From: the human T2T-CHM13v2.0 reference genome, Homo sapiens
Assembly (NCBI RefSeq): GCF_009914755.1
Contig: NC_060938.1
Direction: 5' to 3' (one strand)
Length of the DNA: 64,000 bases
Of this stretch, positions 13,000 through 34,545 are shown piece after piece. The position numbers and the translations under genes are program-made. The notes under the pieces are model-generated. The model made no database searches. It worked only from the letters and a program-made list of their open reading frames with translations, and was not told the DNA's origin. Each line of letters begins with the position of its first letter. Within the stretch, counting starts at the first letter, position 1.

Positions 13000-13420
13000 T
13001 ATAGTCGGTGCTCGATATGATCCTACTTTGCTAGACACTCTCTATCTGATTTCCCCAAGCACTTGAGGGCCCTCTCTGACCTCAGAAATATGCATGGCTG
13101 ACCTGAATTGCCAGGAAGTTAATACCTTTGCGTACACTGTCAGCCAATAATGGTTAGGAATGTGTGAATAAATATTCCAACTTCCTCACACATTGGGTGG
13201 GACAACTCTGAACCATGTTCTCTGCAGTTTCCCAGATGTTCCCAGCAGGACTGATCCTGGGTCTCTTATAGTGGCAATTTATCCATTAATGCCCCCAGTG
13301 GGCTTTCTTTTCTTTGCATGCCATTTTTCTATACATGCTTCTGGTTTACCTTCCAAATAAAATGATTTGCTCTTCAGTCCTCACTTAGGGTCTGCTTATG
13401 GAAAAATCCAAACTAAGGCA
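13000..13420 (+). mobile_element. LTR16-like ERVL LTR
   Basis: Ends accttccaaataaaatgatttgctcttcagtcctcacttagggtctgcttatggaaaaatccaaactaaggca, like the LTR16 3' end. Confidence 0.65.
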
Positions 13421-14844
13421 ATATTTTTATGTGTATTATATGGTGTGTAGGGGTGTGAGAGTGTGTGTGTTTGTGTGTTGTGTGTGGTATAAGGCAGTAT
13501 AAGAATATAAACCAAAATGTTAACAGTACATCTCTATGCAATAGAATTAGAAGTCATACTTCTAATTTTCTGTGTTATATTTTACCTTTTTCAACACAAG
13601 GAAGATTTGTGGACAAGAAAGGCAGTACCCTGGGCCTCCTGGGTATGCTGCATCTTAGACTGAGCAGAGATGTACTCCAGATGAGGGAAAGAAGATGTTT
13701 GCAGTTCATATACTGCCTTCCTACAGTGGGATTGCCCTTTCTGTTCTGCAACTTGGCAGGATACAGGCTGAAGGTGTGGTCTCTCAGGGGGCCTGCAGTG
13801 AGGAACTGGAGCAGGCAGAAGTAAAGGAAATGAGGTGGATCTGTCATGAAAGCAAAAGAAAATCAAGCTTCCTGGCTTTCCTAAAGCATATCAGTTTAGC
13901 ACACAGTAAGAATTACTTAGTAAATTCTTTTCCTGCTAGAGCACCCTTTCTATCATCTTGACTGCTGTTTTGCATAATTGCTTTTAAAAAGGACTATGTG
14001 ATTCTTAAAAAAAAATTGAGGTCTATTAAAATAGATGTAAGAATATTCATATCAATATCATACTATGGCAAAGGCATATTCATTAGTGCAGTGCAGGTTC
14101 ACATGAAGAAATGTCAACACTGAATATATACAAATTTTAAGGAATAGAACTGCAGATTATTTAGACAACCTCCATTAATTTTCTTGATGTTGAAAGACAA
14201 TGATTTATTACCATATCTCTATGCATATTATGTGTCTGTATAATTCTCTACTCACTCCCTAAAAAGAAGAGCTTTTTTGTTATAAAAATTAGATATATAT
14301 TGCTCAGAATGTGATTTTCACTCATTATAATAACTAAAGAAAAAATTATGTATTTTTATTTATTAGTCACAAATGTCATGGATTGGTAATTTTACCTTAT
14401 TAAGCACTAATTCCCTGTTTATTCCACTTAATTCTAAATTAAATACAAATTTGGCTGGACTTTTTACTAACTAAAATTACATATGATACTAATATCTATT
14501 ATGTTCTACTCTAAAATTTAGAAATGCTGGAAAACACAGGCTAGTGGTGAGCCAGACTTGCTCTTGCATTACTTCTGTAAACCATATACACATTAGGTCA
14601 ATTAGACAATGTTTGGACATTTAGGTAGAAAATATAACAGTAAAAATTTTGGTGTTTTGATAATGGAACAGGAAAATAATATTAACTGCAGAATAACATT
14701 ATATTACCTTTGTCAGGGTGTTTACAGCGCACTATTCTATTTAGTCAAGGGGAAGTGAAAGTTTGATCTACATGACTACAGAATAATTCCACAGGGAAAA
14801 GTTGTGTTTAAGAAACATGATTCATTTAAAAATGTTTTGGGAGT

Positions 14845-15864
14845 AAATGGAGGAGGTGGAACAAGGTGGCTGAATAGAAGAAGCCTCCACTGATTTTCTG
14901 CCTGAAGGAACACCAAATTTAACAACTTTTCACACAAAAAAGCACCTTCATAAGAATCAAAAATCAAGTGAAGGATCACAGTACCTGGTTTTAACTTCAT
15001 ATCACAGAAAGAGGCACTGAAGAGCCTAGGAAAGACAGTCTTAAATTGCCAGTGCTATCCCTCCCCCATCCCCTGGCAGCAGACACATGGCACAGAGAGA
15101 GAATCTATGCGCTTGCATGAGGGAAGCACAGTGATTGAAGGATTTTGCATGGGAACTCAGTGCTGCCCTGTCACAATCAAAAGCAGCAGTGGGCAAACAG
15201 CTGGCACCTAATGAGGGAGCATTTAGACAAGACCTAGCCAGAGGGGAGTTGCCCATTTCAGTTCTGGCAAGCCTTTCTCCTGTGGGCCAAAGTGCTGTGG
15301 GGTCCTAAATAAACTTGAAAGGCAATCTAAGCCGCAAGGACTGCAACTCCTGGGTAAGTCCTGACCCTGGGCTCAGAGCCAGTAGACTTGGAGAAATATG
15401 CAACCTAGTGAGACCAGCCAGGGTGGCTCAGGGAGTCCTTGTGCCACACCTCCTTGAACCCCAGGAAGCACAGCTCCCATCTGTGGGAAAGAATTCATTC
15501 CCCCACCTGAGGGGAAGGAAGAGTGAAGACGATTTTGTCTTGCAACTTGGATACCAGCTCAGCCATAGTAGGATAGGGCACGAGGCAGAGGTGCCCTATC
15601 CTATGGCCCTCATTCCAGGCCCTAGCTCCTGGACAAAGTTTCTGGAAAAACTGGGCCAGAAGGGAACCCACTGCCTTGAAGGGAAGAACCCAGTCCTAAC
15701 AGCATTCATCATCTGCCAACTAATGAGCTCTTGGGCCCTGAGTAAACAGCAGTGATAGCCACATCATAGTACTCGCCATGGACCTTGGGTGAGACCCTGA
15801 GAAATACTGGCTTCAGGAGTGACACAGCACATTCTTAGCTGTGGTGGCTACAGGGAGAAGTCTC
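14845..15864 (+). mobile_element. L1MA/L1PB-type 5' UTR
   Basis: Begins ggaggtggaacaaggtggctgaatagaag...aacaccaaatttaacaac, the L1M1/L1MA 5' end. GC-richer UTR body follows. Confidence 0.8.
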
Positions 15865-16052
15865 GCTAATGGTTTGTCAACTTTTCAGAAAAACAACTTT
15901 TTATTTTATTAATCTTTTGTGTTGTATTCTTTATTTCAATTTTATTTATTTCTGCTCTGATCTTTATTATTTATTTTATTCTAGAAATTGTGGTTTTGGT
16001 TTGCTCTCCTGTTTTTCTAGTTCTTTAAGATGCATCATTAGATGGTTTATTT
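15865..16052 (-). mobile_element. Inverted L1 ORF2 fragment
   Basis: Antisense ORF2 sequence (tttatttctgctctgatctttattattt...ttttctagttctttaagatgcatcattag). Confidence 0.85.
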
Positions 16053-16054
16053 AA

Positions 16055-20325
<4,271 letters not shown>

Positions 20326-20893
20326 GGAAATCACATACAAAAGAAAAAAAAATAAAAAATAAAAAGCTTTAGAATTTTCTGTTGTGTGTAGATCCACAAT
20401 ATTTGCTGAAATTTCAAATCAGATTCACAAAGATGTAGTCTAAACTTTAGCACCAAACAAGCTGTTATTAAGCAGAAACTCAAAGTACTTCATGTTTCAA
20501 GAAAGTGAAAATATACAATACAGTTCAAGAATAGCCTGGCACAAAATAGTGATTAAATAGGTTTAGTTATTTAGAATAAATTATTCCAATCTAAACATGA
20601 GATTTGGCTTACTGGTTTATATGTTAAATCTGATCTGTTATTCTACTACTAAAACTATTAGGCAAAAAGCCTGAAGAAAATGTTCTTGTGAGCATTTTCT
20701 GTGTATAGCATTTGTATTCAAAGTTTTTTCCAGCCAAAATTTGAAAAAACTTTAAATATTTTAGGAGAACTCAAAGATTAAAATGTTTAGAGCAAGGTAA
20801 AACTAGAGCATTGAGTATTATGTCATATACTTGTTAGCCATTTGTATGTCTTCTTTTGAGGATATACTCAATGTAAGTTTTCCTTAATAGTTA

Positions 20894-21404
<511 letters not shown>

Positions 21405-21569
21405 TTAAAAGTCTAGAGTAGTTTCTCTTTTATTCTCTTTATACCTACACTACTCTTAATTTTAATATTAAATAATGGAAATGATAATTCAGTGAATATA
21501 ATATTTCAATACACTTTTTGCCTCATAAATGAACTTCTAATATTAATTTTTTCTGCCTGGTACACCTCT

Positions 21570-21893
21570 GGAAACCACTCTACTCACTACTGTCCTGATA
21601 TCAACATTTAACTCCCATATACAAGTAGCAACATGCAATCTTTGTCTTTCTGTATCTGGCATATTTAGTTTAACATAAAGACCTCCAGTTCCATCCATGT
21701 TGCTGCAACTTACAAGACTTCATTCACTTTTATGGCTGAATAGTACTCCATTGTGTGTACATACCATATTTTCCTTATCTATTTGTCTGTTGATGTACAC
21801 TTAGGTTGATTCCATATCTTGGCTATTGTGAATAGTGCAGCAATAAACATGAAAGTGCAGATAATCTCTTCAATATACTGAGTTCCTTTCTTT

Positions 21894-21935
<42 letters not shown>

Positions 21936-23705
21936 TACCCAGCAGTGGGATTGCTGGATTGCATAGTAGTTTCATTTTAGTTTTTTGAAGCAGCTCTATA
22001 CTGTTTTCCATTGTTTACATTTCACTAACAGTTCTTAAGTGTTCCATTTATTTGCATCCTTGCCAACATCTATGACTTTCTGTCTTTTTGATAAAAAACA
22101 TTTTAACTGGGGTGAGATTATTCCTCACTGTGGTTTTGATTAGCATTTCCCTGCTGTTGAGTATTACGTCATATACCTGTGATCCATTTGCATGTCTTCT
22201 TTCAAGGCATACCTATTCAGATCTTTTGCCCACTTTAAATTGGATTATTTATTTTTTGCTTTTGAGTTGTTTGATTTCCTTATATATTCTGGTTATTGAT
22301 TCTTTGTCAGTTGAATAGCATACAAATATTTTTTCCCATTCTGTAGGTTGTCTCTTCACTTTTTTTATTGTTTCCTTTGCTGTATAGGTTTCTACTTTGA
22401 TGTGATCCCATTTGTTCATTTTTTGCATTGGTTGCTTTGAGGTCTTACTTGAGAAATATTTGTCCAGACCCATGTCCTGCATTTTCCCAGTGTTTTCTTC
22501 TAGTAGTGTCATTGTTTGATATCTTTCATTTACGTCTTTAAACCACTTTGATTTGATTTTTGTATATAGTGAGAGATGGGAATCTGGTTTTATTCTCCTA
22601 CAAGTTGACATCAAGTTTTCTCAGCACCACTTATGAAGAAACTGTCCTTTTCCTAATGTATGTTCTTGGCACCTATTTTAAAAATGAGTTGTCTCTAATG
22701 CTTGGATTTATTTCTGGGTTCTCTATTCAGTTCAGTAACATTCTCGATTGACTACTATAGCTATGTAATGTATTTTGAAGTTGAGTAGTGTGATACTTCC
22801 AGTTTTGTTCTTCTAACTCAGGATTACTTTGGTTATTTGTGGTCTTTTTTAGATTCCATACATGTTGGAATTTTTTTTCTATTTCTTTAAAGTATATCAT
22901 TGGTATTTTGATAGGGATTGCATTACATCTGTACATAGTTTTGGGTAGTATCCTTATATTAACAATATTGTTTTCCAATCCATGAACATGAGATATCTTT
23001 CTATTTTTGGTATCTTCTTCCGTTTTTCTCATAATGTTTTATTGATATTCATTGTAGAGCTCTTTCTCTTCTTTAGTTGATTCCTAGGTTTTTCTTTTTT
23101 GGGGTGGTAACTTCTGTAAATGAGATTGCTTTCTTGATCCCTTCTTCAGATGATCTCGATTGGTATATGTAAGTGCTACTGAATTTTTGGATGTTGATTT
23201 TGTATCCTGCAACTTGCCTAAATTTATTTATCATTTCTAACAAGTTTTTTTTTTTTTTTGGTGGAGTCTTTAGGTTTTTCTAAGTATAATATCCTGTAAT
23301 ATGAAAAAAAAAAAAAAAGAGGCTAATTTGAATTCTTCCTTCCAGTTTGGATGCCCTTTATTTCTATGTTTTACCTAGCTGCTAAGCCTAGGACTTCTGG
23401 TACTACGTTAAATAAAAATGATGAAAGTGAGCATCCTTGTCTTGTACAGATCTTAGAGAAAAGGCTTTTAAATTTTCCCTGTTCAGTATGATGCTAGCTG
23501 TGAGTTTGTCATATATAGCCTTAATCATGTTGAGGTATGCTACTTCTATACCAAGCTGGTTAAGAGGTTTACCGTGAAGGGATGTTGAATGTTATCAAAT
23601 GCTTTTTAAAGTATCTATTAAAATAATCATATGGTTTTTCTCCTTCATTATGTTAATTTGACATATCATGTTTATTGGTTTGATATGTCACTTGATCATG
23701 GTGAA
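21570..23705 (-). mobile_element. Old L1MA 3' UTR/ORF2 portion
   Basis: Minus-strand ORFs 22249-22614 and 22727-23032 resemble ORF2p ([13 protein letters not shown]; NAIPIKIP). Confidence 0.88.
21896..21927. repeat. (TA)16 microsatellite inside L1
   Basis: Read directly from the sequence. Confidence 0.95.
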
Positions 23706-23707
23706 TA

Positions 23708-26495
23708 ATTTTTTTTGTACAAATTTATGTAGTACAGGAGAAATTTTGTTACATGTATATAATGTGTAAGTGATGAAGTCAGAGTACTTAGGGTGTCCAT
23801 CACCCTAGTGTAATACATTTTTGTTAAGTGTATTCACCATACTCTGCTATCAAACACTGAATTTATTCCTTCTATCTTACTGAATGTTTGTACCTTTCTT
23901 CCCAGTTTCACTCATTTTCCTCTCTCTTCCACACTCTTCCCAGCCTCTGTTATCCATCCCTTCACTCCCCACCTCCATGTAATCAAACATTTTGGTTCCC
24001 ACATGTGGGAGAACATGTAATAGTTGTCTTTTTATGCCTTGCTTATTGCATGTATGATCATGACCTCTAGTTCCATATATATTGCTGCAAATAGTATGAT
24101 TTCATTTTTTCTTATGGCTGAATAATATTCTATTGCATATACATACAATATATTTTTTTGGCATTCATCTGTTGATCAACACTTTGGTTTATTCCATATC
24201 TTTGCTATTGTAAATAGTGTTGCAATAAACATGCAAGTGCAGGTATCCCTTTGATATATTAATTGATATTCCTTTGTGTAGACACCCAATAGTGGGACTG
24301 CTGGATTTAATGGTAGTTTTATTTTTAGTTTTTTGATAAATCTCCATAATGTTTTCTATAGTGAATGTACTCGTTTACATTCCTACAAACAGTGTATGAG
24401 AGTTCCCTTTTCTCTGCATCATTGCCAAATGTGGGGGTTCATTCAGGCTGGTGGGAAAAAATTTAGTTATAACAGCCACACACCCTCTTGGAAAGCCTGA
24501 GAGTTTGCATAACTTCAGTCATAAATCTGGCTGAAGGAAGCCTAGTTTTCTTACCTTTAGTTAAATAAATTACAGTAGAAATAAAGGAATGTGGGGAGTT
24601 TATCTAAATAACTTGTTTACTCATGTGGTCTTAAGACTAACCTTTGTTCTACCGTGGGTGTTTAATCGCTTTCTACTCGGGAAGTCCACAGTGTCAATTA
24701 TCCTCTAGTGGTGTTGACTCAAGCCTTTGTCAATTAATCTTTACTGAATAAATGCGAGTCTTGCTGGCTGATTAGGGCCACGGCTGCAACTAAGTGGCCT
24801 GCATGCTCAGTCAAACTGTCAAAGCAGAATATCTGTGTGTCAGTGTTCTTTATTCATTCGTTGTTGGGTCAGGGTCTGCAGGACAGACCCCCACAGCCAA
24901 ATATCTGTTATTTTTTTGTCTTTTTAATAGTAGTCATTCTGCCCAAGGTGAAATGATATCTCATTGTGGTTTTGATTTGCCTTTCTCTAATGATTAGTGA
25001 GCCTTTTACCCTCATATACCTGTTGACCATTTGCATGTCTTCTTTTGAGAAATCTCTGTTAAAGTCATTTACCCACTCATTATGAGATATTATTTATTTA
25101 TGTACTTATTTATTTGAGTTCCTTGTACATTCTGGACATGAGTCCCCTGTCATATCCATAGGTTGTAAATAGTTTCTCCTATTCAACAGTGTCTCTTCAC
25201 CCTGTGGATTTTTCCCTTTGCTGTGCAGAAGCTTTTTAGTTTAATATTGTCTCATTTGCCTATTTTTGTTTCTGTTGCTTGTACCTTTGAGTTCTTAGTC
25301 ATAAATTCTTTGCCCAGATCAATGTCCAGGAGAGTTTTCCCTAGGTTTTCTTTCATTATTTTCAGAGATTCAAATCTTATATTTAAGTCTTTAATCCATA
25401 TTGAGTTGATTATTGTATATGGTGAAAAATAAGGTTCCAGTTTAATGCCTCTGCATGTGGCTATTCAATTTTCCCAGCACTATTTATTGAAGAGGGTGTT
25501 TTTTCCCTCAGTGTAAAGTTCTTGTTGGCTTTGTTTAAAATTGGGTGGCTATAAATATGTGACTTTATTGCTGGATTCTCTATTCTGTTCCATTGCTCTG
25601 TGTTTCTATTTTTATACCAATACTATGCTATTTTGGTTACTATAGTCTTGTAATACATTTTGAAGTCAGGTAATGTGATACCTCCAGCTTTTTTCTTTTT
25701 GTTCAGGGTTGTTTTGGCTATTCAGGCTTTTTTCTGTCCATACAAATGTTAGAATGCTTTTACTAATTATGTGAAGAATGACATTTGTATTTTGATAAGG
25801 ATGGCATTCAATCTGTAGGTTGCTTTAAGCAATATGGTCATTTTAACAATGTTAATTTTTTTGATCTATAAGCATGGGATGTTTTTTCATTAGTTCGTGT
25901 CCTCTTCAATTTCTTTAATCAACGTTTTGTAGATTTCCCTGTGGAGGTGACCTCCTTGGTTAAATTGACTCCTACAGGTGTTTTTGTGTTTTTTTGCCTT
26001 TCTGATTTATTTCTCAGCTAGATCATTATTAATGTATAAGAAACACTAATGATTTTTGTATGTTGGTTTAGTATCCTGCAACTTTCCTAAATTCATTTAT
26101 CAGATCTAAGAGTTTTTTGGTGAAGCCTTTAAATTTTTCTTAGCATAAGATCGTATCATCAGAAAAGAGCAACAATTTGACGTCCTTTTTTTTTTTGCAG
26201 TTTGGATGTCTTTTACTTTTTTCTCTTACCTGATTGCTCTGGCTAAGGCTTTCAAGTACTATGTTGGATAGGAGTGGTTAAAGTGGGAATCATTGTCTTG
26301 TTCCAGTTCTTAGGGAAAAGATTTGAACTTTTCCCCATTTAGTATATTGTTACTTGTGGGTTAGTCATATATAGCCTTTATTATTTTAAGGTATAATCCT
26401 TCTATGCCTAGTTTGTTGAAAGTTTATTTTCATGAAGGGATGTTGAATTTTATCAAATGCTTTTCTGCATCTGCTGAAATAATAATATGGCTTTT
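23708..26495 (-). mobile_element. L1PB (L1PB4-like) 3' UTR and ORF2, interrupted by LTR22
   Basis: New poly-T and antisense L1PB 3' end (aattttgttacatgtatataatgtgtaagtgatgaagtcag...gggtgtccatcaccc), followed by antisense ORF2. Confidence 0.85.
24430..24895 (+). mobile_element. LTR22 solo LTR (HERV-K22/HML-5)
   Basis: TGTGGGGGTTCATTCAGGCTGGTGGGAAAAA...GGACAGACCCCCACA with internal AATAAA. Exact 6-bp TSD GCCAAA at 24424-24429 and 24896-24901. Confidence 0.88.
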
Positions 26496-28647
<2,152 letters not shown>

Positions 28648-28744
28648 TGAACCTTTAATTATTTGCATGTTCACGTTTGACTACAATGGAAAAATGAAAC
28701 AGGTACCTATTTTATTGTTTGTTTTTAATTATGGTGGTGGTTGT

Positions 28745-28950
28745 TTTAATAGCTTACTATTTGTCATTTTGGCTAAGCATTCAACATATATTAACTCATG
28801 CAATTGTCAAAGTAAACCTACTAAATAGATTAATTTATTGTTCCCATTGAACAGATGAGATTATTGAGACTTAAGCAGCTCATCTAAGTTCACACAGCTT
28901 CTATATGGCAAAATTGGGATTTGAGTACGTCTAATTCAGAACCTGGGCTC
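28745..28950 (-). mobile_element. MIR
   Basis: cccattgaacagatgag...ctaagttcacacagct...gggatttga matches the antisense MIR core. Confidence 0.6.
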
Positions 28951-29269
28951 TGATTATTTAGTGTAACTAAGAAATTAACTTACTGTTTCTTTACAAAAAG
29001 TATGCAGTTTACCATATTCTTATGTCTATAACCTTGTCTAAAAATGTAATATTTTATAATGCATCTGTTCATTTCTAATACACTCTTTTCTATATCCTTT
29101 AGAAGGATATGATACAAGACATCATCTAAAAACTACAATTAATTTAATATACCAATAATGTACATCTTGTACTCATGCTCCCATTGTACCATTCTTAAAT
29201 TAGGAAATAATTGTTTTTTAGAATACGATTATATTATGCAAGATTATTTTGCAGTCATCAGGCCCATCA

Positions 29270-29510
29270 CTGAAGAGTGGTAAAACAAAAAAGTCCTGTA
29301 ATTACACTGGTGTCACATCCTTGTTCTACCATTTACTGACCATAGGGTCCTAGGAAAGTTAATTATCTGTTCTTTGCTTCTGATTCTGTGTTTATAAAAT
29401 GAACAAAGCATTAACGCTTTGTGGAATTGCAGTGCATTGACGATTAATGTATGTGCAATATTTAGAATAATGACTAACAGAGAGTGCTCAGTTAATATTA
29501 GGTATTGTAA
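29270..29510 (+). mobile_element. MIR
   Basis: atccttgttctaccatttactgac...ggaaagttaattatctg...tataaaatg matches the MIR core. Confidence 0.55.
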
Positions 29511-31710
29511 TGAAAGTAATGGTAAGTAGTAAAATGTGTAAGGTGCTCAAGTCTTCTCCTCCCACCACTGGTCTCTATTCCTGTTTATGTCTTCCTTTAA
29601 CTTATTATCTGTTTCCTATACATCTTGATGACGCTTGTTTTTCTGGAAATACATTATTTTACATTTTATTGCATTAAAAAAAGAGCTTGTTATTTTACAG
29701 CAGTTTTTTTATTATTTCTGTTCTTTTGGCCAAGTGCACAAAGTACAAACTGAGTTACTTCCTAATCAATCACTCCAAGTATCTGGGTTTGGTATTGCAT
29801 GCTGGTTGGTTAATAGCTCTAATGATGTTCTCAGCAGTCGGGTGGCTTTTTTAGCACAAGTTTCAGGTTTCACTAATATTCTGGTGGAACATTCTCTTTT
29901 ATCATTTTGTCATTCTTCTGATGGAATCTCTTACACCAAGATATTTGAAAAATCTATCAACTCAATTTTAGGATTACATTTTCATTACAAAAGGTAAGCT
30001 TTCTAAATGTTTCATTTCAAGCTTACAAATGATCACTTCTTTCCTTTTTATGAGAATCATTTCCTTCTCATTATAAAACAGCTTATACAATCTGAATTGA
30101 TTCTAAATTTCTTCTTCCACAAAGGTAGGCAAAAAGAAATGTCTCTAGGGTATTTTCAAGTAACTCTATTCTCCATATTCATTTATTATTTCAGTGAATT
30201 AGTAAAGCAGAAAATCAAGTTTTGAAACTTAAAGAAAAAGCCTTTAAAAATTCTTAGAATCAGATTAAGAGGATACATCTCTGGAAAATTTCTAATTAAT
30301 ATATTTATTTCCATATAATCTCATTATAAACATTTAACTTATTTATAAATAAACTTTGGAGCAATTATATTTATATAATTAAGGGAGAATATAAGAAATT
30401 ATTTTATACATATTTATTTTTGACAAGGTATTTTTGGGTAGTTTCTGATCAAATATATTCACATAATTAAACTTACACCTTCCATTAAAATTTGGTGTTT
30501 TACAGAGACATTTTTTTTCCTCTGTCAAGCCTAATACCATATTCCTAGAAAAAGAGAGCTATTTATAAGAAAAGAGAAAAGCAAGTATTCCTATACCCTG
30601 CTCAAAATTGCTTCTTGAAATTTGCTAAGAATTACAAATTAGCTAGAGTACATAGCAAGTCATAGGCAAAAAATAAGATCATGATAGTCAATATGTAAAA
30701 ACACAAACCCCCACAAAGAATTTGGAAATAACATTTCCATTAAATGTAGACTCACCTAATCATCTAATTTGACCTTATACCTAATCATCTAATTTGATCT
30801 TAAAATCTGGGGTCTTACCATGTCTTTTGAAAACCTTATGATAGTTATTGATCCTCTCTCCAGAACTGTACATCCTGAAATCTATCTACTTAAGAAGTAA
30901 AGATTAAGAATACTCTCAGTTCTATCAACTAACCAAATAACTATGCTTTATTATCTCTAACTTTAGCAGTCTATACTCACAACCATTCTCAGAAAAACTG
31001 ACTTTCTTAGAATTTTTGCTGTTTTAAATTTTTTCATATGTGTATCCCAACAACTAACAAAAATCTTTTATCAGTTTGATTTTCTCATCGGTATCATCTT
31101 ATTCTACAGGATTTAAGCCTGCAAAGTTGATAGAAAGGAAAGAGCCCATACTGTCTAATTATATAGTTTCATTGAGATACAGTAAACTTTGAGAGAAGTT
31201 CTATGAAAATAAATACTATAAGGTATAACAGAATAGTGTGGAACCATTTCTCTCTAAGGTTTTTAGATCATGGAGAAGCCTAATTCAAAAGGCTCAGAAA
31301 TCAATCTTTAATGAGGCCCACCATTCTTGTCCTTTTTCCTAACCCTCCAGGATTAATTTTAGGGTTTTAGCAGCTTTTTAACAATTCCAAGAAATACAAA
31401 GAGTGCATTTTTCCTCTTCATAGTAGAGTCTGATCTCCCATCAGCAAGAAGCCTATCTCCTTACTGGAAAACAAAAATAGAAATTACCAAAGAGCTTGTT
31501 TATTTTTTTTTTCCAAAGGCCTGGCTACTTTCCTAGAATAATAGTTAATCCATTTATTTCCTCCTTTGATTCACTTTCTTCTCTATTTCCCCAAGCTGGC
31601 AAGAATAGATGAATATTTTTTCCCTCCAGTAGGAACAAAATAAAATCAAACAAGTATGAAATCTCAATATGTCATTCTATCTCACTTGTTAAAATGAATG
31701 GCTTTACCCA

Positions 31711-32290
31711 TTGTGGCAGCTACTCTGGTTGCCCAGTCAATAGACACCCTCTGCCATTATTCTTCCTTGCTAGAAACACAGAGTAATTTTGTTTGAGTAG
31801 TCTTCTGCCATACAATCAGTCTCAGATGTGGTTATAATTCTCACCTACCTCTAGGCCCTAGAGTGAATGATGAATGTTCTAAGATAATCATAAAAATCTT
31901 ATTACTCTAGCCATTGGTTGGTTTATGTATGAATATTTGTCACATTCTTTGCCAACGAAATCTGATGGAAAGCTTCCTTCTTAGAAAGGTTTTCCTCACT
32001 AGATCATATAGACAGATAAGAAAAAAAAATGCCCAGTTCCCCATTGGATGATGTTGCATTTACATGTGATGACTGAAATTGTGGAGTCCTCATACGTAAA
32101 TGTAGTAATACTTAGCATGACTGTCATGCTAAGTATGGCAAGACAGAAAGATGGACTAGGACATCACTAATTCCTGAAGTATTCATCCTGAAAGACCTTT
32201 CCTGTTATATAAGAAAACAAGGCTTATTCTTTAAGCCACTTTTACTAGGGTCTTCAGTTACAACTGGAAGAAACCTATTTGACAATCCAA
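31711..32290 (+). mobile_element. MLT1J-like MaLR LTR
   Basis: Degenerate MLT1 motifs, ending ttctttaagccacttttactagggtcttcagttacaactg. Confidence 0.55.
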
Positions 32291-33694
32291 TTTTCTTATA
32301 CAGGTATTTTTATAAACGTATTTGTCTACCTATAATGAGCATTAAAATAGCAAAAATAAAATAAACTAACCCTCTTTAACAAATAGGAGTGTTACTATAT
32401 GAAATAAAGTCATCTGGTATGTAGAACAAATTGTGCAGAGTTTCATTTTTCTTACCAGGAAACCAGATTGTTTTATTATCTGATAATACTTATTCATACA
32501 GCTTTAGGTAAGAATTCAAGCTAACAAAAATGTTGGTCCCATTGATGTGTTTACTTTTTCAAGGAAGTTGTGGTCACATTATTAGCTACTTTCCCTGATA
32601 ATTACATTTTTTGCTTTTACATAAAGGTACACTGGATGATTGATTGATTGATCTTCAGACTACAATCATCAAACAGAACCTCCAGACTTCCATTTTCTAT
32701 TTATCTATGTCCTAAAGAATCACCTTCCTTTCTGTTTTTAAAGACTCTCTTACCCTGCCAAGGATGTTATCTTAGAAACCTGTTGGGCAGTGGTAGGACA
32801 GGTTTCTATCCAGACACTGTTCTTGTTACGTATATCAGCACATGTTCTTATTAAACGTCTCAACAACTCTCATAAGCAAATGCCAGTGTTATATCCACCT
32901 CAGCTGTATGACGAATCACTTAGTAACACAGGTGAGAATATTCCATTCTTTCACAGGGCTATCACCTCCAATCTACACAACTTAATACTTCATTGAGAGA
33001 ATAGTGCTTATGAAGGCTTGCCAAATATTACAAAAAATTCATATTTGACATACTTGTAAAATTTTACCTTGAATTTAACTAGTCTTCAGCTTCTCATTGA
33101 TGGAATTGTTGCTAAGGTTTTGGTGGGGATGATATTCACTGATTATACCGTATTATTTTTATAGAGAACTACATAGAAAATGTCTTTTGGTTCCTGGTAT
33201 CAGGAATTCTTATGCTTCTGTTAAAAAGAATGATTCACTTTTATCCTCTAAGTACTGTAAGAAATTACATATTTACTTCTTTGTGTCATTTTCTAAAAAC
33301 ATCAAAGGCCCATGTGGCCCATATCTAGCAAAATTCATGGATCAATCTAACCTTTTGCTTTCTATTCTTGTTTTTTCTACTTTTAAAACATTTTTACCAC
33401 GCTTACTTTCCTTTGCTATAATCTTCTCACTCACTAATTTGCCAGCTTCCACATATCCACCCCACTTCGCTCATCAGAATGCTGAGAGTTTTACATTTAA
33501 GTTTCTCTTAAACTATTTTTTATTTCCAATAAAATCACCTTAGGACAGGTTGCTACAATCTCTCTTTTAAAGCTATGAGAGTTCGCCAAATTCCTTTTGG
33601 GCCCTCTCTAATTCATTCTGTTGACTGTTGGCAAATAATCTTTTCAACATGAAAATTTGATTGGGTACTTCTAAGACAAAACTTCTGCCAGAAC

Positions 33695-33696
<2 letters not shown>

Positions 33697-33740
<44 letters not shown>
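33697..33740. repeat. (CA)22 microsatellite
   Basis: Read directly from the sequence. Confidence 0.97.
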
Positions 33741-33745
<5 letters not shown>

Positions 33746-34074
33746 TCCTCAAATTCTTATTACCTTATGTAAAACTGCCAAATCCTGGAGAATTATAAGA
33801 CCAAGGGGAAACTATTTCCATTCTCTATGTTACTAGCCCAGACCATAAAAGAGAAACTTTCAACTTCCTGGGAGATGAAAAGGTGGTTTCTTCCCTTCCT
33901 TCTTTGTCCTTCCCATGCTCTTTACCATGGATGAAATGTTTATCTGGTTGGAAAGATTGGAGAAGTGATTAAACATGTATATCTCACATATTCTGCACAG
34001 TTTCCTTGGTTCTGCAAACATCAAATAAATTGTGGATTCATGAGGAAGATGATGCATAGTTGGCAGGCAAGATT

Positions 34075-34545
34075 CTATTAGTTTCCTACGGCTGCTATAA
34101 AAAAGTACCACAAAATGGGTGGCTTGAACCTACAAATATATTGCCTCACAATTCTGGAGGCTAGAAGTCTGAAGTCAAGGCTTTGGTGGGTCAATGCTCT
34201 CTCTGAAAACTGTGAGAGATCATTATTTCTTGCCTCTTTTTAAATTTTGGTGATGGTTGCGGATTGTTCCTTGTCTCTCAACTGCATCATTCCAATCTCT
34301 ACCTCTGTGGTCACATGGTGTTCTTCCTGTGGGTCTCTGTGTCTTCACATGGCATTCTCTTCTCTGTATCTTTCTTTTCTTCTTATAAGGACACCAGTCA
34401 TATTGGATTCAGGGCCCACCCTACTCCAGTGTGACTTTATTTAATTAATTAACTAAATTTGAAATAACATTTTTTCCAAGCAAATTCACATTGTAAGAGG
34501 TTGGACTTTAGCATGTCTTTTTGAGTGACATGATTCAACCTGGTT
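34075..34545 (-). mobile_element. MLT1B/C LTR
   Basis: tattagtttcctacggctgctataaaaaagtaccacaaaatgggtggctt...tcttataaggacaccagtcatattggatt. Confidence 0.85.

Noticed and set aside
29635-29997. 120-aa ORF ending at a good splice donor (AAG|GTAAGC at 29993/29994)
   Set aside because: Non-ATG start, no recognisable domain and no partner exons. Such donors occur by chance in AT-rich DNA. A lncRNA exon cannot be excluded without RNA data.
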